Assembly (NCBI GenBank): GCA_951406725.2
Contig: OX597815.1
Location: forward strand, 71,238,001-71,302,000
DNA from: Octopus vulgaris
Taxonomy: Eukaryota
Length of the DNA: 64,000 bases
Direction: 5' to 3'
The number at the start of each line of letters is the position of its first letter. The stretch's first letter is position 1. Below, piece after piece: positions 53,466 through 64,000 of this stretch. The position numbers and the translations under genes are program-made. Under the pieces are notes generated by a model. The model did no database searches. It was not told the origin of the DNA and saw only the letters and a list, made by a program, of their open reading frames with translations.

Positions 53466-53520
53466 AGTATGTATGTATGTATGTATGTATGTATGTATGT
53501 ATGTATGTATGTATGTGTAT

Positions 53521-54652
53521 ATTATACAGCTGGAAAACTACTATAAAATAACCACCATAAGACTACAAAAATATCTACTTCAGAAGGAAGGAAAATTGAT
53601 ACAAATAGCGGCAAAACACGAGCAAAACAAAAAACTTTTCTCAGTATTTAAGGAGGCTGACAAATACAAACAAGAAATCATACCACCTAACAAATATGAA
53701 GAAGAAGAAGATGATGAAGAAACAACAAAAGCTATAAAACAAATGAAATACAAACTAAAACTAGAACAGCAACGAACCATGATAAAACGATGGCAAGAAA
53801 AGCCCCTTCATGGCAAATACTGAACTAAACTAAATGCAGAAGAAATAGACAAAGAAAAATCCCAGCAATGGTTGAGAAGCTCAGGACTCAAAGCAGAGGC
53901 AGAGGGATTTTTAATTGCAGCACAAGACCAAATCCTCCCCACCAGAAATTACCAAAAACATGTAATGAAAAGAAATATAACAAGTAACTTCAGAATATGT
54001 GGAGATGGACAAGAAACAATAAATCATATTATCTCTGGCTGCCCAGTCCTGGCTAAGAAGGAATATATTCACAGACATGATAGAGTTGGAACCTACATAC
54101 ACTGGAAGCTATGTCAATATTATGGAATAATAACAGAAAAAAGATGGTATAGGCACACACCAGAAAAGGTCACAGAAAACGAGAAAGCAACCATACTCTG
54201 GGATATGCCGATACACACAGATAGAGAAATTAAGGCTAACAGATCAGATATAGTTGTCAGAGATAATGAAGAAAAAAATGCTTTCTAATTGATGCATCAA
54301 TACCGGCAGATGACAACGTGTCTCTAAAAGAAATGGAGAAACTTTCAAAATACAAAAATCTGGAAATAGAGGTAACCAGAATGTGGAATCTAAAAACAGA
54401 AACAATTCCTATCATAGTAGGTGCATTAGGCATGATAAAAAAATATTCAGACAAATACATAACAAAAACACCAGGACTTACAAACACATATAACATACAG
54501 AAAATTGCACTACTTAGGCACTGCACACATCCTACGCAGAACACTTTCCATACAATAACCATCAGAGCATCACAACAAATCACAGCACATACCCAAGGCA
54601 CACAGAGCTGCGCTCGATAGTGAAGTGAAAGCACGCTATAAAAATAAAACTA

Positions 54653-54655
<3 letters not shown>
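53521..54655 (+). mobile_element. R4/Dong-like LINE, 3' 1.1 kb, ending in (AAT)n
   Basis: WQEKPLHGKY...GLKAEAEGFLIAAQDQ...RICG...ETINHIISGC...HRHD...ILWDMPIHTD...DIVV...EKLSKY; the 3' end AAAATAAAACTACTG joins directly to (AAT)n. Confidence 0.92.
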
Positions 54656-54702
<47 letters not shown>

Positions 54703-54716
54703 TAATAATAATAATA

Positions 54717-55270
54717 ATGCCCTGATGTAGTACCAGACAGTGGCTCTCATGGCTTCTGATCTTAACTGACGGGAAGTGTTAAGATGCACATTGCTTTGTC
54801 TTGGTATAAAAGATGGGCTACAGCAAATATTCTGCTCAATACTACGGATTTACTTGTCAGTTGTTTGACCTTAACCAGTTGAGCATGTACCTTAGTGGCT
54901 GATGATATATGCATCTCTGCTCACGAGCAGAAGTAGTGGGGAAGCATCATAGCCATATGTTGAAAGGAATTCTTTGGGGTTTGGATAATTCACCTTTGGA
55001 AACATGGGTGTTTTGTTCATCATCCTTAAACAACCCTTATTCAGGTACCTTTTGAGTGGGATGGGCTACTCTATCTGAAGAAAATTCTAACTGGGCCCCA
55101 CTTACAAGGTCATGTTCTGTTTATCTTGAAATGAGATCACCATGTCGCGCACGTATGGTTCTGATGCATGTGCTTGCTGTACCCTTATCAGACAAGTAGT
55201 CATGAGGAGTATACTGGCCTTCGTATATTTTACCTGTGTCACTTTGATGGCATGCATTGCTCTCTCAATC
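54717..55270 (+). mobile_element. ~550-bp non-coding repeat embedded in (AAT)n
   Basis: Begins ATGCCCTGATG(T/C)AGTACC and ends GCTCTCTCAATC|AATAATAAT; homologous to 45800-46348 (minus). Confidence 0.8.
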
Positions 55271-57130
55271 AATAATAATAATAATAAATGAAGTGGAGCT
55301 ATACTGCATTCTTCTTTAAACAATTTTTGTATTTTGTTTCGACATTTTTAGTTTTGGTCACCTAGTTTGGTATCGTTATTTATAGCCATTCACACTTTAT
55401 TCCACGAAAAAAAACACCTTTTTTACTGTCTATTTAACATTTAAGAAAATCACAACTAAAACCATCGTATTTTTGCGAATCAAAAAGTAAATGTCTTTGC
55501 ATTTATGAGAGAATACTTATAGTTCTCACACTAGTCTATATCGGTCAGCCTTTTTGAAACGCACGATATCACATAGATCGTACTAACATTGTTTACATTC
55601 ATTTAAAAGAAAGTAAGGAACTGTTTAATTATAGAATTGGACTTTTAATTTGACAAATCTTCAATAATTTTTTAAGAGTTAAAATCATTATTTTTGTTTT
55701 GAGTTATCTTTTATTTATTGTGTTTATTTCTCCACTCCCCTATCCACAAAAAAGTAACTGCAGCGTCACAGCTGATTCGACTGGATGTCAGACAATGATC
55801 GAACGTCTGTATTTTACGATTGGTGTATGTACGTGTGTGTGTACGTGTGCATTTCTGAGTTCTTGACGGATTAGTTTTGTTTATTTTAGCTATAACGGCT
55901 AAGACCCTGCTACAGCGTGATTTTCAATAATGTGTGTGTGTGTGCGTGTGCATGTTTATAGTTGTTAACGTCGTTGTGATTGTCGTTATTACTGGTAACG
56001 TTTTGAATTTCTTGCATTTCTTCTTTCCACCAGCAATACCGTTACCGCTGCCGCCGTCATTACCACCAACACTACTACCACTGCTACTACCAACACTACC
56101 ACCACCACCACCACCACCACTACCACCACTACTTCTGTTGCTATCGTTTATCCTTCACCTAACTTAGAACCTGCAATTCGTTTGGATCTGAAGTCTATAG
56201 ACTGCAATAGGTGCAGTGAGTGTACCCATGTATGACCTCGAGGACTCGTCGTGTATTCAGTCGGCTATTTGTGAATATATGCATAACTGGAGAACAAATC
56301 CTTGTTTACTTTCGTGAGTACGTATATGTCGTTGTACATTGTTTGTACACATTCGCGCTATCACCGTCCCTATCTTGGCGCTTTCATTATTTAAGTACCA
56401 GATTCTATCGAGTCCTGAAATTTGAGTGTGTGTGTGTGTGTGTATGTATGTGTGTGCGTGTGAGTGCATATCTATATATATTTATATGTACATATAATGC
56501 ATACATGCATACATACAAACATACCTCTTTTGCATTTTTTTCCAGTACAGAATTCAAGCCGAGCACTAAGAAAGTGACAAAGCCTTTGTTTAATTTAAGA
56601 TAGATCGTTTCTCTGAAAATGTGAATGAACGTGTGCATGCCATAGATTCATGTAATGCCTGTGCTTGCTTTATATATGTTTTTGTTGTGTATGTCATTGT
56701 GAGCATGTAATCAATTCAGAAATATAGGCACAGTTACATTCTCTCAAATGGAAAATCCATGGAATGTTTTACAAATTTTTACTGTGCCAGAATAAGTTGC
56801 ATTTAAAGGATCTGAATCAGTTTACTTTCTTCTTTATTGCAGAGCCCCAGCATTTGTAGGCTCTCGTATAAACTTATTGTTATGTAACCTTTCACTTCAA
56901 ATCGGTACAAATGATAATATGATGATACAAGAGTTTTCAAACTGAGGTACACGTACCCCTGGAGGTACGCAAGAGAAATTGCAAGCTTACACGAGATTTG
57001 TAACAGTACCGGAATTTTGAAGTTATTCACAAACGACTAAATGTAACTCTTGTATCGAGTAAACCTGACATGAAGTCGGCAATGCCTCATTCAGTTTTCA
57101 TAATATGCATTATAGATTACAGTAAATATA

Positions 57131-57214
57131 TCAGATATAATACAGAATACTGAACTATAGTAAATATATTAAATATAATATATCTGCTATAGTTCAGTAT
57201 TCTGTTGTATCTGA
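57131..57214. repeat. 84-nt hairpin-forming inverted repeat
   Basis: Perfect 19-bp core ACAGAATACTGAACTATAG (57142-57160) / CTATAGTTCAGTATTCTGT (57187-57205), extended on both sides with G-U pairs. Confidence 0.85.
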
Positions 57215-57898
57215 AGCATGTGAGTACAGAAATGTACATGATGTTCATATGTTACGTTGCTTCTCTCGCTCTCATTATACGTTTGTGCATAGAGACATAT
57301 ACACAATTAGAGTAACAACAGAACGTATAACAAAATAAATAGAAAAAGTATTGAAATTAAGTGAAAGATAAATAATCGACGGGAAATATCGTTTAATGAA
57401 AGAAAGAAAACTAAACAAAGAAAACCGTAAGAAGAAAACTGGACGACAAGAAAATATCAAGGGAAAGAAAAATGAATGAATAAACAAAATGGAAGAATGA
57501 AAAAAATGAAGGAAAAATATCAGTAAGTATGAAAGATAGAAACTGAATGAGATTAAGACGATAAAGTAGTAGTGGAGGTGTGCTGGGGAGGGGGGTAGAA
57601 TGAAAAAAAAACTGTGTAAAATGAAAAGGAGAAACAAGAATAGATACTTTAAAATAATAGAGAGGAAACTGTAATGTAGAGTTTCTTAAAAGACAGTAAG
57701 GACAAATGAGCGGGGAAGGCAATGTGTCTATAACTCTCTCTTTTTTCTTTCTTTCTTTCTTTCTTTCTCTCTGTCTGTCTATCTGTCTCTCTTTCTCTGT
57801 ATATTAATATATATATATATATATATATACATATATATTCATATGGCTAAAGAGGGAGGGAGATGATAGAGTGGTAGATAGACAGGCAAACAAAGGGT

Positions 57899-57930
<32 letters not shown>

Positions 57931-60221
57931 AGAGAAGAGAAGACAAGAGAATGAGAGAGTTTGTTTTTAGTTAATGTATTAACCTAATTCTATTAATTTT
58001 TAATTAAAGTTGAGTGGTTCGACTTATCATTGGTAATAGCTGAAAGATCATTATGACGACAACGGTCTTGCTATTGTTTCCTGCTGCTGCTGCTGCTACT
58101 GCTGCTGGTGATGATGTTGTTATTGGTGGTGGTGGTGGTGGTGGTATTGATGATTTCAGTGAATAAGGAAACGGATGGAATGTGTTATGGTATAATGTAT
58201 TTTGAAGAAGATTCCGATCAGCGTGACCCGTTCTTAGAAACGACTGTTTTCATGATGTTACAAGAAAAAGGCTGACGAAAGCTATTCACCAGCGAACATA
58301 TAAAGTACCAGTAATACGCTGAGAAAATAACTTAGCCGACTGTATCGTTTCTTAACAAATAAAATATCATCAATACATTTTTAAAAGAACCCATTTTTAT
58401 TGTCTTGTTTGAACAGTATGTCCTTTTATGTTCAGTGAGCCAATGTTTATCTCCAGTTTCCAATAACGTTAAGCAAACAAGCAATTTCAACTTGAAGAGG
58501 ATTTCATGTTGTTTTTTTTTTATTATACACAGACAATCCTTTCGAAACTTATGTGAGTATCAATGTGGAGCTTAAAGTTCCATTCTAATTTAATTGTAAA
58601 GAAAATTAACTGAAAAGTCTATATACACACTTGAAATACAGATTAAATTACCGATGTGTATAACATTTATAATGTATATACGAACGTATAACGACACTAG
58701 TTGTTATACTTTCTTAGAGAAACTTCTCAAAGAGACATGTACGTTAAAAAATATAGTAGTCAATCAGAATGTCGTTGAGTGATTGTCAGACACTACTGTT
58801 TCGATCTCATCACCTTTCCTCGGTGACAAACACCCCCGGCTACCGAAAGTTGAATAGAAATGCTTATTAAAAAATGTAAAGTTTATATTAAGCATAATGT
58901 ATTTTATATAACGGCTACACATTAATAACGACACATACTAAAGCAGCATCTATAAACAACTCAGCGAAACAGAAAGGTCTCGAGTAGATGGATCATCGTT
59001 TACTTTCATACTATACATGGCCATAGCACTGTTGAACCTCTAAATGCTTCTTCTGAAGTATTTTGTTTCTGGTGAATCTATCATGAACAATTGATGTAGT
59101 TTATATCTGTGCTTCTGGAAAGCGGATAAAGCCAGATTTATAGAAAATATTAAAATCAGGATAGGAGAATGTTCCTCCACGGGGCTCTCCGATAAACATT
59201 AGTGTGTCATCTCACGTTTTTTAAATCACAACTATAATGGGTTACGTAGACAGCTACTTATAGCACTGAGCCTGAGTCATGGTGTTTTGCAACATTCAGC
59301 ATTCTTCTTTGTCTGGTTTAACGAATATATGTCTATTCTGAGCTATTAGCTGGGTTGTTTTTTGTTTTTTTGGTGGGGGGAGTCACTGGTGTGTTCAACG
59401 ATACTACTCAATACTCAACATCTTGTTCTAAAATCTGTTCTTGAGAAAGTATTTTGTTGTGAAAATATATACTGTTAACGATCTTGAGCTAAAATGCATT
59501 ATCGCTGCTCTTCATAAAGCTATTCCCATGCTTGTCTATGTTGCGCAGCATTTTGGTTTAAAATACGACTACGCAAGCATGGCTATGTTATTAAGAAGCT
59601 TGCTTTTGCAACTAGATGGTTTGGGATTCAGTCCACGGAGTAGCACCTTGGACGAGTATCTTCTACTATAGTCCCTTACATGCTATACATTGAGCGAACA
59701 TATAGAAATATGTGGACAGAAAATATTTCTAATTTTTCCTTTCCATAAACTATATGACATAAGTGAGGTTGGAAGAAAGATAAAAGAAAGGCGGTTTATG
59801 AAAATGTCCAAACCTGTTCTGAACGGAAATAACAACAATAATATAACAACCAGTTAATTATGTGGATTAAAAAATATCTTCAACATATGAATATAAACAA
59901 ATTACAGAATATCGGTATGCTTGGAAAACCGTGACGTTTAAGCTATATGTGGATTGGTCAAAACCGTATTCAATAAATTCAGCTTGTTGGAACGTTCTAA
60001 GAGGTTCTACAATTGTCAAGAAATCAACTGTTAGTTAAATACATTTGAAATCTGACGATTAATACCAAGCGTATGAAAGCGCTAATTGAATTTTATGAAC
60101 ATTACAAAACATTTTTTTAATGTTAAAATACCATAATGAAAAACGTGAAAACCGGACCATTTTTTAACTTTCTTCAACCGATATGTGTGTGTATGCATGT
60201 ATGTATGTATGTACGTGTATG

Positions 60222-60260
<39 letters not shown>

Positions 60261-60283
60261 GCACACATATATATACATTCACA

Positions 60284-60399
<116 letters not shown>

Positions 60400-62049
60400 C
60401 GTATGTGTGTGTGTGTGTGAGAGACGGTTTTTATCCTCTCCATCACCACTTGGCAACTATTGTTGGTTTGTTTACGTCTCCATAATCATGTCCGCAAAAG
60501 TGACCAGCAAGGTAGATACAGACTTTAAAAAGATAAGTACTCCGATCGATTTATTCGACTAAAACCTTTCAAGGCAGTGTCCTGGTTCAATGATTGAAAC
60601 AAGTAAAAAAATAAAACGATAAAAGATGGTGCTCATGAGAAACCTTCAATGTTTTGTCGATGTTGCATTGCATTTTGAGCCAAAATATGTTCTCGCTCCC
60701 ACTCATAAAGTTGTTCTCGCGCTTTTCTTTGTCAAATTGTATTCGCTTGTCTTTCATTTTACCATTTCTGTTTTGTTCATTCTTTGCTTTCTTGCTGTGC
60801 TGACGTATTCTTGACGTTTATCTGCGAGAAATTTTGCGTTGCTCACGTTTGGTTATTCGCTGAATAAAATATGCCTCAAGATACTGCAATTAGGAATAGA
60901 AAAAAAATTATGAATTCCAGATAAACCTCTTTGCCTTTCATGACCTGTTTGCACGTAGAGTTGATACAGTTTTTATTATTAATTTTATTTCACAAAAAAT
61001 AAATTAGTGTTTAATAAAAATAAAAGTTTCTACACACATTTAATTTAACAAAATGAATATTGATTATTTTCTTATTACATTATTCTGAAATTTGAAATAT
61101 TTCTAAATAAATATATTCTATATGCATAATTGTGTATGTGTGTGCATTTATATATATATATGGTTTTTGGTATCATATATATGACAACAATTGCTTTTCT
61201 TGATATCTTGTTTCAGTATTCTTGTAAAATATACATATTTAATGAAACATATATATATAATATATCATATAGTTAGCTGCATTTATTAAAAATTCCTTTT
61301 ATAATAAAATATATTTTTGACATCTCGGATTCTATATATTGCTAATTAAATGAATGTTGCATATGTGAATTCGATGAATAAATTGAATAAAATCACCTGT
61401 TTATTATTTCGTTTCTCCAAATAAATGTTGATCTGAGGATAGCATATGACTGACGCATAGACATACGGACAGAGAGAAGCGCAGCTTTTATTATAATATA
61501 ATATAATATAGATTGTCTAATTATTATTTTATTATTCGTCGAAATTTTCATCCCGTCGATATTTATAATTTCTATCGTTATTACCAGACCGGAGTTGTTA
61601 GTTCATCTGGAAAAAATGCCTTGCAAAATTCGTTCTTTGCTCTTTATGAACTGAATTCAAATCCCGCTGAAGTCAGCTTTGCCTTTCAGATATTTCTCTT
61701 TCGTATAATCTCGTCGATTTTCTCATCATAATATTACCTCAAGCTAGACTAAAATGTAACCTACTTCGTCAAAATTTATTGAAATGGCGGTAGATCGTCA
61801 AATAAAGCTAATTCGCCTGTATAAACTGCAGCAAATCCAGAGAAGACAAATATGAAATATACTTTCTATATCCCTGAACTCCATTATTAACCTGCTGCCT
61901 AATATGCTCTAATATATTTAAACCTAACTCAAATATACTCCAATATATTTAATCTTAGCTCAAACATACTCCAATATATTGTCGTAATAAATGAGAAATT
62001 TATCTCGAGCATCTTGATAGGATTTCAAATATACAAAGTTGTCGACTAT

Positions 62050-62990
62050 AATAAGCAGAAGTTGTATCGATGATTGTGGAGTGTTCGTGTGCCTGAAGAC
62101 CTAATAAACCAAGTGTTCGGTCCTGAAGACTGAGGCATAGATTTTCTTCATCTAAAATAATTGCTGAACTAATGCTTAGATATGAACTAATCCACGGATT
62201 TAATAGACTATTCCATAAGACGGTGGATATTGAAACAGAAAACTCCATTGTCATCGATTGAAAAGACTCACATTTTGCAGATTGAGTTAACAGAAGAATC
62301 ATACAAATTTATTGTGAGAAAAACGTTTTCATTTTTTTCAAGAACAAATAAGTACCATCCGGTACTTTCAATGTGTCTTCTGTGTGGTTCAACATCTTGT
62401 CTATCAAACGTTATCGGCATCTCTAGACGACATCATCCCCCAGGACTACAAAAGAATGACGTTTCAAGGGTTCAGAAAGAAATAATATTTAAACTTTAAA
62501 AGTGTATGAGTTAAAATGTGATATTTTGGTTATATAACTAGCACATTTGGCAGTAGATTATCTGGAAAACATATCGATTCTATTAAGAAAACACCAAATT
62601 GAAAATATGGTAATGAAGTATAAGCATTTGTTTCAGGTGCCGGGTTTTGTGGGATGTTCATAAATAACATAGAAAACTCAATAATTTTTTGAAAGATAAT
62701 GTCGGATAAACTGGAAGAAATGACTGAGGTCACATGGCTCAAACATTACAATGAAAATATGCCATTTATCTTATGAGTTGATGCGTTGTCATAGATTGTC
62801 GAAGCGGTTCTGTCACAACGTAAAAATGGAGCTAGACATCCACGGGTTCATACATCTAAAACACTGAATATACATCAACGGCGATATTGGCAAATGAAGA
62901 GGGATCATCTGTTATATTCGGTCTTCATAACTTTAATTCTTACGCAGACCACTTTTTGAATTAATCTCTAATCACAAGCAGTTAAAACAC
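62050..62990 (+). mobile_element. Degenerate Gypsy/Ty3 pol (RT and RNase H) remnant
   Basis: HILQIELTEESYKF (cf. AYLQIELDEESK), and DALS*IVEAVLSQ...HPRVHTSKTLNIHQRRYWQM...VIFGLHNF (cf. DAS.YGIGAVLS...RPIAFASKTL...RNYSQ.EKE...IFGVKKF). Confidence 0.7.
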
Positions 62991-63356
62991 ATATTCTCTC
63001 TGGCTTAACTCCAGTAATAGGTACCGTACCGCTAAAGAGGTAAAATCGTATCGAAAGACCCTGACTGGTAGTCTACTGACGTCACTTGGAGCTCTACTCG
63101 ATGCTATTTTATATACAAAATATATAGAGAAAACTTTTTCTCCAGAAAAAATTCTGTAGTGAATACTTTTCGCATACTGGGGGGCATTACAAATAAATGT
63201 ATACAACTTTAGTTTCATCCCCTGCCTCTGCATTCTTTTCTGCTTCTTATATATAGTAACAATAGTTTCGGCTTAGCTCCAATGACCGAGATGGTATCTG
63301 TCAGTGAAGAGACAATATTACCCCGAAACATCACACACACATATATAGATATATGT

Positions 63357-63692
63357 GAAGGCGCATGGCTCAGTGGTTACAGCGTCGAGCTTACGACCGT
63401 GAGGTTGTGAGTTCGAATCCTGAACCGGGTTGCGTGTTGTGTTCTTGAGCAAGGCACTTTATTTCACGTTGCTCCAGTTCACTCAGTTATAGAAATGAGT
63501 TGTGACGTCACAGGTGCCAAGGTGTATCGGCCTTTGTTTTTCCCTTGGATTACACTGGTGGCGTGGAGAGGGAAGGCCGATATGCAGGGACGACTGGTGG
63601 TCTTCCATAAACAACCTTGCCCGGATTGTGCCTGGGAGGGTAACTTTCTAGGTTCAATCCCATGGTCATTCGTGACCGAAGGGGGTCTCCGG
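63357..63692 (+). mobile_element. CORE-like tRNA-derived SINE family C, full length
   Basis: A box TGGCTCAGTGG, B box GAGTTCGAATCC, and CORE-like TGTGTTCTTGAGCAAGGCACTTTATTTCACGTTGCTCCAGTTCACTCAG. Confidence 0.88.
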
Positions 63693-64000
63693 TATATATA
63701 TATAAAGAATAAAATATTTTGAATGACACAACAATGCACCATAATACAAACAATGCACTATAATAACTGTTGTAATTTAATCATCCATACTTTTTCGGAA
63801 GCGTCTCCGAAAAAAACAAAGAAAAGCCGTTGGAAAACCGATTTAGCAGCGATTCCATCAATTCCTAGGGATATCAGAAGAAGGAATTTTTATTCCGAAA
63901 TATCATATCAGACTATGGATGATTAAATTACAACAGTTCTTATAGTCCATTGTTTCTCTTATAGTACATTGTTGTGTCATTCAAACTATTTTATTCTTTA

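Noticed and set aside
54265-54290. Programmed frameshift at GAAGAAAAAAATGC shared by two Dong-like copies (also ~4055-4070)
   Set aside because: A one-base loss in an A homopolymer is more simply explained by slippage or assembly error, and this cannot be resolved without reads.
54895-55010. Hammerhead in the 550-bp (AAT)n element (CTGATGA...GAAAC)
   Set aside because: No convincing stems I and II link the core segments.
63295-63335. GTGAAGA...CGAAAC hammerhead-like trace
   Set aside because: The core is mutated, and no stem II or cleavage triplet is present.
63357-63430. tRNA gene
   Set aside because: A/B boxes are present, but the sequence runs into a SINE body shared with other copies and lacks a clean acceptor stem.

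Overview
AT-rich eukaryotic genomic DNA, dense in microsatellites and transposable elements. The SINE types and repeat landscape suggest an Octopus/coleoid cephalopod genome (inference, not verified). No host protein-coding exon, rRNA, true tRNA or CRISPR array could be supported, and most entries in the ORF track are artefacts of simple repeats. Recognisable content: tRNA-derived SINEs of at least three families; R4/Dong-like, RTE-like and CR1-like LINE remnants; a near-complete Tx1/L1-clade retrotransposon complex (28.9-35.2 kb); and Helitron, mariner, Tc1, hAT-MITE and Gypsy remnants. The most striking signal is at 24.7-26.5 kb. Three consecutive non-coding elements sit in (TA)n tracts and share a 3' motif. 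Two of them are terminally redundant, with 482- and 490-nt periods, and each of those two carries a complete type I hammerhead ribozyme fold (retrozyme / non-autonomous Penelope-like architecture). The second highlight is a Tx1-like LINE split into an ORF1-only module and an ORF2 module, each with its own copy of the same 3' tail and both inserted at the same target site. Coordinates of degenerate repeats are approximate.
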